Source: Promethearchaeota archaeon
Lineage (GTDB): Archaea > Asgardarchaeota > Lokiarchaeia > Sigyniarchaeales > SOKP01
Reading direction: 5' to 3'
DNA length: 64,000 bases
Assembly (NCBI GenBank): GCA_048940445.1
Contig: JBHLON010000015.1
Span: 1-64,000, forward strand
A model generated the notes under the pieces. It worked only from the letters and a program-made list of their open reading frames with translations. It was not told the DNA's origin and ran no database searches. Below, one piece after another: positions 8,340 to 18,066 of this stretch. A program made the translations under genes and the position numbers. Position 1 is the first letter of the stretch; every line of letters starts with the position of its first letter.

Positions 8340-8690
8340 AACTCTCCTTATATGAATAATATGGAATAAGATCAGCAATATCATGAATTGCTCTTTAAAT
8401 ACTTAGTAATGGATTGATGTTATTAGTACTAATAATGTTATTGTTTCTATTTTTTCTTAATACAACTTATTAAAGAGTTATTCCCTAACTTTAATTCCTG
8501 GACTAAAGTCCCAATAGTTATTCATAAAACAAACTTTAAAACAATTAAAAAAGTTAATTCAGGAGAGTCTGACCCAATTCAGGTGGTTATATCAGGAACT
8601 TATCTTTCTGAACAAGATGTGAGTAAACCTATGATATGTTCACTTTTGTTGCCACTGAATGTAAAAATTTACTTAAGAGCGATTCAAAAA
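8340..8690 (+). pseudogene. Degraded chimeric remnant: U32 gene fragment joined to an SCP2 gene fragment
   Basis: ~8340-8495 (atgaataatatggaataagat...taatacaacttattaaagagttattccctaa) matches U32 nt ~5325-5470 with stops and indels. ~8500-8685 (ttcataaaacaaactttaaaacaattaaaaaagttaattcaggagagtctgacccaattcag...ttgttgccactgaatg) matches the 3' half of the SCP2 genes. Confidence 0.85.
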
Positions 8691-8873
8691 AAAGAATATA
8701 GAAAAACATTATTACAGAAACATTAAGGTATAAAATTAAGTAGAAATGTTATTTGAACCTATTTAAAGAGAAATTTTTTTTCTAGATTTTTATTTTATAT
8801 TACTTCTAAATATAAAATTTTTATATTCGAAATTTAATAATAATAATAACTAAAATTACAAAAACTTGATACT

Positions 8874-9275
8874 ATGAAAGAAGTTAGAGTGATCACAATC
8901 GATAATAGAGGTAGAATTGTAATTCCTCAGCTAATTCGAAAGAGTTTAGGGCTGAGTACAAATTCACAGCTTATGTTAGTGGCTGATTCAGAAAATAAAG
9001 AGATTAAAATCACGCCTATAGGATTATCAGATGAAAAAAGTCCAATAAAGCTAAGAGTAACTATGAAAGATGCTCCTGGTGCACTTGCCAAACTTGCTGG
9101 TACTTTTGGTGAACAAGGACTTAGTATGATGTATAGTGAAGCTGTGATCATTGAAAGGGATAAGACCGCTGAATGGACAGTCATTGCAGAGAGTCCAGAT
9201 AATCTAGAAGAGCTTAAAAAGGTTTTAAGAGAAAAAGGAGAAGCTATAAAAGTGGAGATTCTTCCGTTAGAATAA
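8874..9275 (+). CDS. AbrB/MazE/SpoVT DNA-binding domain fused to an ACT domain (ligand-responsive regulator)
   Basis: TIDNRGRIVIPQLIRKSLGL (AbrB) and MKDAPGALAKLAGTF (ACT). Confidence 0.85.
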   Translation: MKEVRVITIDNRGRIVIPQLIRKSLGLSTNSQLMLVADSENKEIKITPIGLSDEKSPIKLRVTMKDAPGALAKLAGTFGEQGLSMMYSEAVIIERDKTAEWTVIAESPDNLEELKKVLREKGEAIKVEILPLE

Positions 9276-9306
9276 TATAATAAATATAATGTGTTGATCA
9301 CTTCAC

Positions 9307-10062
9307 ATGGGAAAAAAAAAGAAGAAAGATAAAGGAAAAGAAGGAGATTCGGTTTCTAATTATACCCTTGATGGCGCATTAAAAAGTTCAAAAAAAACTG
9401 AGACAGCTTTGCAAGATTTGCTTAAAGCATTCTCAGAAGATATGGGTTATATAGCATTAAAAGAAGAAGATAAGAAAATTGAACCTCAACTTTCCTATGA
9501 AGCAAAAAAGAAAGTTGCTGAAGATTACGTGATGGAAGAAGTTCCATTATCGGAACGAGACAAAACAAAGGAGAGAATTCCAGTTAGAAAAGACATAAAA
9601 GAGCAAAATATTCAGGCTAAAATTGAAGTTTCAGAAAAAAAGAAGGAAATAATAGCACCAGTAGAAGAACCCATTAAAAAGCCTTCATTTTCTAAGAAGG
9701 ATAATGTGTATCTCAAATTATCTCAATTCTTTGAAGGCATTTTTCAAGGATATAATGAGCGTTATGAGATGTGGGAGAATTCAGTATCAGCAATTTTAGC
9801 AATTCTAAGGAAAATGAGGAAAATTACAAAGAAAAATACTGAAGATTTAGTTAGTTCAATTAATAAACTGCATGAAAAAATTCAATTTAATTTAGAACAA
9901 TTTAAAATTAAGCGAGACGAAGTTGAGAGACTTTCAGATGTGGACATTGAATCCATGTCGAGCGAATTTAAAAAAGTATTAGGTTTATTGGAGTTACAAA
10001 TTAAAGAATACCAACTTAAAAGACTTGCCGATGAATACGTTCATCAGCATAGAATTCTTTAA
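9307..10062 (+). CDS. Hypothetical protein, charged N-terminus and helical/coiled-coil C-terminus
   Basis: 251-aa ORF with operon-like spacing (31 bp) to its upstream neighbour. Confidence 0.7.
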   Translation: MGKKKKKDKGKEGDSVSNYTLDGALKSSKKTETALQDLLKAFSEDMGYIALKEEDKKIEPQLSYEAKKKVAEDYVMEEVPLSERDKTKERIPVRKDIKEQNIQAKIEVSEKKKEIIAPVEEPIKKPSFSKKDNVYLKLSQFFEGIFQGYNERYEMWENSVSAILAILRKMRKITKKNTEDLVSSINKLHEKIQFNLEQFKIKRDEVERLSDVDIESMSSEFKKVLGLLELQIKEYQLKRLADEYVHQHRIL

Positions 10063-10092
10063 TTTTGGAATTAATATGTAATAAGATTATTT

Positions 10093-11235
10093 ATGTCATC
10101 GAAATTAAGAGACCAAACTGCTCCTTTAATAATTGACATTGGGACTTCAAATTCCAGAATAGGATGGGCGGGTGATGACTTTCCAGATATTGTTGCTCCA
10201 AGTGTATATGTTGACGTTTCTGATTATTTATTCACATCTGATGTTATTGAAGGACTAGAAGAATTGTTTTTAAAGAAGGAACAGATCTCTCATTTAGTTG
10301 GACATCAAGCATTAAAATATCAAAATATTCTAAAAGTTCATGAATTTAAAAAAGAAAATAATTTTAACATTCTTCTTAAATTTTTTTTGTATTATTACAA
10401 ACAGTTAAAAATTGATGATGAATATCAATTTAAACAACCTTTAGTTATCTTATCTCCGTTTTTCATATCAGATTTGGAGAAATCAAAATTACAAGATCTG
10501 TTTTTTAATTCCTTAAAATTTCCCTCAATTCTTTTCTTAAATGAAAGTCAAGCTATCCTTTCCACACTTCAAAAAGATAGCGGTGTTATAGTGAGTATGG
10601 GTGAATCCCATACTTATATATCTACAATTTTTCATGGTTTTACAAATATAATGGCTAAAGACGTTTTTCCAATTGCGGGTAAAGATTTAACAAATTATTT
10701 CTTGAATTTGATTTTAACCCGCATTAGTACATCGAAAAATATTTATATAGATAAACCGATTGCAAAAGAAATTAAGGAAAAGCTATCATTATGTGTTTTA
10801 AATCCTCAAGAGGAACAAAAAAGAGTGAAAAGTGGTTTTACAAAATATGATAGAGTGATCGATCTTCCTGATGGATCTAACTTAAAAATAAATTTAGAAC
10901 GTTTCTTACTATCTGAACCCTTATTTAATCCAAAATTAGCTCATATCGATTATATTGATCTTGGGGAAGCAATTTCAAAAGTAATTAAAACATGGGAAAG
11001 AGAAAATTGGGAAGAATTGTTAACTAATATTATATTATCGGGTGGAGGGAGTTTAATTACGGGATTAGATCAAAGAATTCGAATGGAATTACAAAAGCAC
11101 TTTTCCGAAAAATTAAATGATAAAATTAAGGTTATAGCTGCTTCTGGTAGAGAGAATATGGGTTGGATAGGTGCTTCTATCCTATATACAAAAGGAAAGC
11201 TGGATAAAGGCTGGATTGATAACCCTGACTTTTAA
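10093..11235 (+). CDS. Divergent actin-related protein (Asgard ARP)
   Basis: Actin fold motifs: LIIDIGTSNSRIGWAGDDFP (phosphate 1), AGKDLTNY, KEIKEKL, LPDG, ERF..EPLFNP, NIILSGGGS (adenosine), WIGASIL. Confidence 0.9.
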   Translation: MSSKLRDQTAPLIIDIGTSNSRIGWAGDDFPDIVAPSVYVDVSDYLFTSDVIEGLEELFLKKEQISHLVGHQALKYQNILKVHEFKKENNFNILLKFFLYYYKQLKIDDEYQFKQPLVILSPFFISDLEKSKLQDLFFNSLKFPSILFLNESQAILSTLQKDSGVIVSMGESHTYISTIFHGFTNIMAKDVFPIAGKDLTNYFLNLILTRISTSKNIYIDKPIAKEIKEKLSLCVLNPQEEQKRVKSGFTKYDRVIDLPDGSNLKINLERFLLSEPLFNPKLAHIDYIDLGEAISKVIKTWERENWEELLTNIILSGGGSLITGLDQRIRMELQKHFSEKLNDKIKVIAASGRENMGWIGASILYTKGKLDKGWIDNPDF

Positions 11236-11261
11236 CCTAAAATTATAGTGAGTACATAATT

Positions 11262-13838
11262 ATGAACGCAAACTTAAGTAAAAAAAGCAATTTTTTAGAG
11301 GATTTCCAACAGAAAGTAATACAAGGTAGACGTTTATTACAATCAGGAAACCATAGGTGGGCAGATAGATTATTAACTGATCTTTATTTTGAGATTGAAA
11401 AAAATGATTGGTTGGATATTCAGAAAAAACATCAATTGATGATGATCATCTCAAATTCTTGGTGGATGTACATTAATTCCCTGATTCAAAGAAAAGAAGG
11501 AAAAATTGATTTTGATATAATTAAATATATTGATGCGTATAAACGATTCTTTTCATTTTTATCAAAGATTGATGATTTTTATCTTTTTAATAACTTTGGA
11601 ACTATGCTTCTTAAATCATTTATTAACTTAAAAGAATTATCCCAACAAGGGATTACTAAATATATAAATTCGTTTAGTGCAAAAGTTATAGAAAAGGAAG
11701 AATTTCAAAAGTTAATTGAATTGCAGATTTTGCTAATGTATTTGAGAAAATCTGTTCTACCTCAAGAATTTTTTCATTATGCCACAGAAATATTAGGAAG
11801 AACTCTTTTTAAACTAGAACCGAATAAGAGAGCATTATTCTTATTTATTTTTTTAGAAAATGTAAATTATAAATATAATCTTTTGGAAGATTCATCAGAA
11901 TTCGTCCAAATCATAACTAAAATTTTAGCCAATCGTCTCCCAGGATACTTAAAGGATGAATTCAGTAAATTAAGCAGAATTTCGATAAACGAAAGAAATT
12001 TTGAAGAGATTTTAGTAGATCTTGAGGATTTAATTTTTTATTTGAATAATATTGGAGAATTTTCATGGATAATGATCATAATTAAAAATCTCTTCGAAAA
12101 AGTACAGAAATTTCAATCTTTTGTTGATGCAATTTCTTATATAAGAAAATTTATAGATTTTGCCATTACACGTAATAGGTTTGAGATAGCATTCGAAATT
12201 TATGACTTTCTTGAAGATTTATTTATGACACAAACTGATTTAGGATACGATAAGGTCTTAATTGAATTATGGGTTGAAGCTTGTAAGAAATTCGTTGATA
12301 TGAAGGAAAAAAGATATCTCTTACAGGCTCTAGAAAAACTAAACACTCATTTAAAAATACCTCAAACTAACTCTCAATTACTTCATTATTTTTTAACTTG
12401 CAATTATCTATGGCAATTTAATTCGATATTTTTTTCATTAGAATCTAAGGATTTTTGGCGTATGATGTTCTATCGTGCCTTATTTGAAGAAAAAGATTAT
12501 GATCTTGCTCGTAAGATTATTGAATATTTAGATAAAAATATCAGATCTGTTATTTTAGATCCTGCTATTTTATATAATGAAACTGAATCATTACAACAAA
12601 ATATGTATACATTTGAAGAAAAATCCTTCCATTTTGAATTAGAACAATTCTTTATAAAGCAAATAATTTTTCGAATTAATAGAGACGGTTTAATATCTTA
12701 TAGAATGATGTCAGAAGATGGTAAAGTCATCGATGGAAGAGTTTTAAATGAATATTGGAATGATGCACAAATTAATGAAATTTATAATGATATCTTTTCT
12801 GATAATAGAGATAAGAAATATGATTTCGATCTCATGGAATTTGGTAAATTACTATATGTTTTTCTCCCTAAACCGATAAGAAAACTTTTAAGACGATTTG
12901 AAATTAAAACTTTAACATTTGTACCAGAAATCTATTTTATACTCGATCAAATGACGATTCCTTTTGAATTAATTTATGATAATAATTTCTTTTTATTGAA
13001 ATATTCAATAGGATATATAATCGGTGAAACACCTTTAGGAGGAGTCAAATTTGAGAAGGATATAAAAGAAGAAATTACTAATAGTTTACAAAAATATCAT
13101 GTATTATTAATTGACTCTGTAAATTCTCTCGGACCATTCAGGTGGAACGAAACTACGAAGAGTAAAGAATTAATTTTTCCATTTGCCTCTGGTTCTAACG
13201 AGATAAATTTTATTACCGAATTTTTTAATAAAAGAAATGAAGTTGAAAGTATCACAATATTAACAGGAATTAATTCTACAAAAGAAGCTATATTATCAAA
13301 TGTAACAAAGAGTCCAAATCATGTTATTCATTTTGTTGGAAATCTTTTTTACTCACATTGGAATCCAAATGATAGTTTTTTCATCACAAATGATAATCAA
13401 ATAATTACGATAAAGGAAATTCTTTATTCGATAAGAAGAAATTCTTCAAGCATTAAACCATTCTTATTTTTCAATACGCAAGTTTTTGATATTAATGGAA
13501 AAAAGATTAAGAATGCCCCCAACAGTTTAGGAGATGTTGCGAAACAGTTTGATTATGAAGAAATTACTGGTATTGTGACTCGAAATTATCCTATATTTGA
13601 TGATGAGACAAAAGAAATTAACGCTAATTTTTATATTAACTTATTTAGCAAAAACAATCAAGGGATATCACTTTTAAAAGCACGCCAAATTTGTATGTCT
13701 AATAGAGTAACTAAACTTGTAGAAAGCAAAGTTAAAGATTTAAGTGATACAAAAGGAAGTATGAGTATTGATTTGCAAAGCTCTTTAGCTATTTCAAGTT
13801 ACATGCTTTTCGGAAAACCTTGGAAAAAGTTAAGTTAA
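11262..13838 (+). CDS. Large helical-repeat protein with a C-terminal CHAT (caspase/separase-like) domain, catalytic residues apparently lost
   Basis: CHAT-like motifs: FGKLLY, IPFELIYD, VIHFVGN (cf. HFAGHG), FLFFNTQ (cf. VFLNAC), SLLKARQ, SYMLFGKP (cf. YVLYGDP). Confidence 0.65.
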   Translation: MNANLSKKSNFLEDFQQKVIQGRRLLQSGNHRWADRLLTDLYFEIEKNDWLDIQKKHQLMMIISNSWWMYINSLIQRKEGKIDFDIIKYIDAYKRFFSFLSKIDDFYLFNNFGTMLLKSFINLKELSQQGITKYINSFSAKVIEKEEFQKLIELQILLMYLRKSVLPQEFFHYATEILGRTLFKLEPNKRALFLFIFLENVNYKYNLLEDSSEFVQIITKILANRLPGYLKDEFSKLSRISINERNFEEILVDLEDLIFYLNNIGEFSWIMIIIKNLFEKVQKFQSFVDAISYIRKFIDFAITRNRFEIAFEIYDFLEDLFMTQTDLGYDKVLIELWVEACKKFVDMKEKRYLLQALEKLNTHLKIPQTNSQLLHYFLTCNYLWQFNSIFFSLESKDFWRMMFYRALFEEKDYDLARKIIEYLDKNIRSVILDPAILYNETESLQQNMYTFEEKSFHFELEQFFIKQIIFRINRDGLISYRMMSEDGKVIDGRVLNEYWNDAQINEIYNDIFSDNRDKKYDFDLMEFGKLLYVFLPKPIRKLLRRFEIKTLTFVPEIYFILDQMTIPFELIYDNNFFLLKYSIGYIIGETPLGGVKFEKDIKEEITNSLQKYHVLLIDSVNSLGPFRWNETTKSKELIFPFASGSNEINFITEFFNKRNEVESITILTGINSTKEAILSNVTKSPNHVIHFVGNLFYSHWNPNDSFFITNDNQIITIKEILYSIRRNSSSIKPFLFFNTQVFDINGKKIKNAPNSLGDVAKQFDYEEITGIVTRNYPIFDDETKEINANFYINLFSKNNQGISLLKARQICMSNRVTKLVESKVKDLSDTKGSMSIDLQSSLAISSYMLFGKPWKKLS

Positions 13839-13920
13839 AGCTAAATTTCTTTTAACAAATATTTATAAAAATTTGGTATTTTAGATAGTATATAAAAATT
13901 AATTTAATTAAGATTTAGTT

Positions 13921-14460
13921 TTGTCAGAAAATAGACTTATTGAGCTTCGGATTGAAAACCAGAACCTTAAGAGACAAGTACAAGATTTAGAAAGTAAAGT
14001 TTTAACCCTAGTAGGGATGGTGAATTTAGTTTCTTCAGGTGGCCCAGATGTGAAATATCGATTAAATGATGAATTGATTGAATTTTTTAATTCAACAAAT
14101 ACACAGTTGAATATAGTATCTCCAAAAGTGGATAATTTTTACGCTATAGAGTTAAAAAGATTAGCAAAAAGGGAAATTCCAATTTTAATGATTACAAATG
14201 ATAGAGGGGGGATTCCAAAAGGTTATCAAGAAGTTTACGATGATCTAAAACAAACAGAGGGAATAAATATAATAAATAATCCTAATGTAAGATACTTATT
14301 GGTATTTAATTCTGAAAAAGCTATGTATTCGGGGGGATCATTAGATAAGGATGAATTAGAAAAATCCGTATTAATTGTAACCACCGTGAAAGAAACAACA
14401 AAATTAAGAAGCATTGCACAGATTTTTAGTATGATGCTTCCAACTTTTATGAGAAAATAA
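13921..14460 (+). CDS. Coiled-coil plus PLD-like fold protein lacking the HKD motif
   Basis: N-terminal heptads, then LNIVSPKV, ILMIT, NVRYLLVFNSEKAMYSGGSL, where PLD nucleases have H.K....D....GS.N. Confidence 0.5.
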   Translation: MSENRLIELRIENQNLKRQVQDLESKVLTLVGMVNLVSSGGPDVKYRLNDELIEFFNSTNTQLNIVSPKVDNFYAIELKRLAKREIPILMITNDRGGIPKGYQEVYDDLKQTEGINIINNPNVRYLLVFNSEKAMYSGGSLDKDELEKSVLIVTTVKETTKLRSIAQIFSMMLPTFMRK

Positions 14461-14595
14461 TCTAGAGTTAAAGGCTTAAGTTAAGATGATTCAGAATTTA
14501 GATAAAGAGGAAGAAAATAATGAGCATTTTAATGAAACAGAATTAAAAATTAGCTCTGAGGAAAATTTTGACTGGGATTGGATATTTGATAAAGG

Positions 14596-16758
14596 ATGGT
14601 TGAGAATAAAAAAGTAATAAATTCTGATTTCATAGTTAAATATTTTGGGCTAAACTCCCAAATCTATAAAGAAGGTGTTAAAAATCTAAAAAAGATTACT
14701 AAAGAGTCCAATTTGCAAGAAAGGTTCAGGAGTCTCAAAAATCTTTATGGCAAAATATACAGCATTGAACCTACTCAAGATTTACTTATTAAGTATTCTT
14801 ATTATATCCAAGTCCTAAGATTAATCTTAATTAAAAAATTAAGTAGTATAAGAGGAATAGACTTTAAAAAACTTTATTATTCTGATTTAGATACTGATTT
14901 CAATGAATTTAAGGAATTTTATGTTGATTTTTTAGAGAAATCTACATTAGAAAAAATGTTTGTATTATTAGAAAATGTTAATTTTTCAAATGAAGATTTG
15001 TTTCATGAGCTTTATCAAGAAATATTTTTTTCAGCAACTAGACACCAATTAGGAGAGTTCTACACTTGTAAGAATCTAGTAAAGATGATGGTTGATAACT
15101 TTTATGAAATAAGGAAAAAAGTTTTAGATCCTGCTTGTGGTTCAGGCACATTTTTAGTCGAAATACTATTAAAAATAATAAGTTCTGAAGAAACTAAAGA
15201 TGTAAGTAAAATTGATGCAATTAATAATGTTTATGGGTTTGATGTCAATCCAATAGCAGTTTTAACTGCTAAAGTTAACCTTAAAATTATTATTCTTGAT
15301 TATTTTAGACTTGACGTACATAAACTACAAGGACCTATAATATATTTCAAAGATGCTCTTTTTTTTAGTAAAGAAGAAAAACTGAATCTGGAAAATGCAT
15401 TTGATTTAATAATAGGTAACCCTCCATGGCTTACATATAAAGATATTTACAATAAGGATTATCAACAAAAAATAAGAGATTTAGCTGATACTTTAGATAT
15501 TAAACCTCCAAGCCAATATATCACTCATATTGAATTAGCTGCGATATTCTTCTATGCAATTCCAATAAAATATTTAAGAGACTACGGTAAAATATTCTTT
15601 GTAATTACTAAAAGTGTGCTAAATGGAGATCATTGCTATAAATTTAGAAAATTTTCAATTTTTGATAATCTAGAGATTTGGGATTTCCCCAAGAATTATT
15701 TCTTTAATATTGATCACATCTGCCTCAAGGCAAGATATATTGGGAAAAATTATAAAAAAACCTTAGAAGAGAAATTTCCGATCACTGCTAAAATCTATAA
15801 TGATAATTTAAAACTCTTAGAAACAACCAGATACGATAGTATTGGATTAGAAAAAGACGGTGCAAAAATAATACTTCCTAAAACAGAGCGAGATGCCCTA
15901 AATAAACTATCAATCAGCAATTACAAGAAATTATTCTTCCAAGGAGCTACTTTAGTTCCGAGAAGTCTTGTTTTCTTTAAAATTAATAGCGAGAAAGATA
16001 AATTTCTGCAAATATCTTCAGATCCGGATATCTTATCACGCGCTAAGAAAAATTGGATTTTCAAATTTGAGAATAGAGAAATAGAAAAAAATTTTGCTTT
16101 TCAGACGTTTCTTAATAAAGATCTAATTCCTTTTTATATAAAGAAGCTTCGCAATATATTTTTACCTATTAATGAAAATTTTGAATTCAATATGTTAAAT
16201 TTAGAGAAATTTCCAAAAGCATATGAATTTTACAATGAATTAAATAAAATCTATCAGAGCAAAAAGAAAGCTACGAGTAAAATTAAGACTTTATTTTCAA
16301 ACCTTAATTATTGGAATAAGCTTTCGAAGCAATCAAATAATAAACGTTTTATTGTGATATATAATGCAAGTGGATCGATGATTAAATCTGCAGTACTTGA
16401 TAATCAAGAAAAAAATGCATTCATCGGGTCAGAAAACTACTATTTTTCCACAGACTTATCTAATGAAGCATATTTTCTCTCATCAATTCTTAATTCTAAT
16501 ATACTCAGTAAAAACATAAAAATAATTAAATCTAGCAGACATATTCATAAAAGACCTTTTTCGTTTCCAATACCAATTTATAATAATGATAATCTTCTCC
16601 ATCGTAATTTAGCTAATAAGGGAAAAAAATATGAATCTGTTGTTCAAGATCTTTTTTTTAATAATCCTAAGATTAATGCATCAAAAGTCAGGATCTTCAT
16701 TAACAGGAAACTTCAAAAACTTGACACACTCACAAAACAAGTAGTATTTGGATTATGA
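14596..16758 (+). CDS. N6-adenine DNA methyltransferase (gamma class, type IIG/Eco57I-like MTase-TRD), no evident nuclease domain
   Basis: LGEFYT, VLDPACGSGTFL, YGFDVNP, FDLIIGNPPW. Confidence 0.85.
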   Translation: MVENKKVINSDFIVKYFGLNSQIYKEGVKNLKKITKESNLQERFRSLKNLYGKIYSIEPTQDLLIKYSYYIQVLRLILIKKLSSIRGIDFKKLYYSDLDTDFNEFKEFYVDFLEKSTLEKMFVLLENVNFSNEDLFHELYQEIFFSATRHQLGEFYTCKNLVKMMVDNFYEIRKKVLDPACGSGTFLVEILLKIISSEETKDVSKIDAINNVYGFDVNPIAVLTAKVNLKIIILDYFRLDVHKLQGPIIYFKDALFFSKEEKLNLENAFDLIIGNPPWLTYKDIYNKDYQQKIRDLADTLDIKPPSQYITHIELAAIFFYAIPIKYLRDYGKIFFVITKSVLNGDHCYKFRKFSIFDNLEIWDFPKNYFFNIDHICLKARYIGKNYKKTLEEKFPITAKIYNDNLKLLETTRYDSIGLEKDGAKIILPKTERDALNKLSISNYKKLFFQGATLVPRSLVFFKINSEKDKFLQISSDPDILSRAKKNWIFKFENREIEKNFAFQTFLNKDLIPFYIKKLRNIFLPINENFEFNMLNLEKFPKAYEFYNELNKIYQSKKKATSKIKTLFSNLNYWNKLSKQSNNKRFIVIYNASGSMIKSAVLDNQEKNAFIGSENYYFSTDLSNEAYFLSSILNSNILSKNIKIIKSSRHIHKRPFSFPIPIYNNDNLLHRNLANKGKKYESVVQDLFFNNPKINASKVRIFINRKLQKLDTLTKQVVFGL

Positions 16759-16917
16759 ATTTATTAATAAATTATTAAAGAAGGCTCTAAATTGATTTTA
16801 GGAAAATTTCTAATTTTAACCAAATCTAATAGTATAAATTACAAAGGTTTTTCTTTTAAAAACAATTTTAATATTTGACGAGAGAGAAAAAAGAAGAATT
16901 TTAAGGTTATTTTAAAA

Positions 16918-18066
16918 TTGAGTTTCAAAGAATTAGGCATTAGTGAATTTTTAGTTAATGCTTTGCAAAAATTAGAGATTAATCGACCAACTCCAGTGCA
17001 AAAAACTGCTATTCCTGTAATATTAAATGGTCAACATATAATGGTTCAAGCTAAGACAGGAAGTGGGAAAACATTAGCCTTCCTATTACCTATTATTGAA
17101 AGATTAAGTGGCAAATCTAATGAGGTTTTAATTTTAGAGCCTACTAGAGAGCTTGCAAAGCAAGTAGATCAAGTATTAAAGGAATTAGGAAATCATACTA
17201 TTAAATCGACAACTATCTATGGAGGAGTATCAATAGATCGCCAGATTAATGATCTAGAGAATGGAGTTAACTTTATTTGTGGAACCCCGGGAAGACTTAT
17301 TGATATTTATAAAAGAAAGAAATTAGATTTTAAAAATATAAAGTTTGTCGTTATTGATGAGGCAGATCGTTTATTTGACATGGGATTTGCCCCTGATGTC
17401 AACTATATTTTAAGTAAAATTAAAACAAAATATCAATTTATGCTCTTTTCAGCAACACTTTATTCTGAGATTAGAAAATTAGTGAAAAAGCATTCTAAAA
17501 ATGATTTTAAATTCATCAATCTGAGTAAAGATGATTTAACAGTAGGTAATACCAAACAATATTATTATTTAATAGATAGATTCGAACAGAAATTTGGCAC
17601 ATTTCTAAAGATTTTAAAATTTGAGAATCCTAAACATACTTTAGTATTTGTAAATACTAAAAAAACAGCTTCATGGTTGGTAAGCAAGTTAAAATCAAGA
17701 AAAGATTTTAATTTTCAAGTAGATATGATTTCTGGGAGATTAACACAACATATGCGTGAAAAAATTTTAAAATCTTTTAGAGAACATAGAATCAATATGT
17801 TAATTGCCACAGATGTCGCTGCTAGAGGTTTGGATATTGAAGATATTACTCATATAGTTAACTATGATGTCCCGAAGTATCCTGATGTATATATACATCG
17901 GATTGGAAGAACTTCAAGAATGAATAAACGTGGCACGGCTATTACATTATGTTTGGCAGATGAATATGAGTATCTTTGTCATATTGAAGGTTTAATCAAT
18001 AAAGAAATCCAGCAAAAAACCATAGAAAAGAAAGATACTAGGCGATTTCATAATCCTTTCTATTAA
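16918..18066 (+). CDS. DEAD-box RNA helicase
   Basis: PTPVQ, AKTGSGKT, PTRELA, TPGR, DEAD, SAT, ARGLD, HRIGRTSR. Confidence 0.95.
   Translation: MSFKELGISEFLVNALQKLEINRPTPVQKTAIPVILNGQHIMVQAKTGSGKTLAFLLPIIERLSGKSNEVLILEPTRELAKQVDQVLKELGNHTIKSTTIYGGVSIDRQINDLENGVNFICGTPGRLIDIYKRKKLDFKNIKFVVIDEADRLFDMGFAPDVNYILSKIKTKYQFMLFSATLYSEIRKLVKKHSKNDFKFINLSKDDLTVGNTKQYYYLIDRFEQKFGTFLKILKFENPKHTLVFVNTKKTASWLVSKLKSRKDFNFQVDMISGRLTQHMREKILKSFREHRINMLIATDVAARGLDIEDITHIVNYDVPKYPDVYIHRIGRTSRMNKRGTAITLCLADEYEYLCHIEGLINKEIQQKTIEKKDTRRFHNPFY

Noticed and set aside
10093-11235. Calling this gene bona fide lokiactin
   Set aside because: It is too divergent in the phosphate-2 loop and subdomain 2, and is better described as an actin-related protein.
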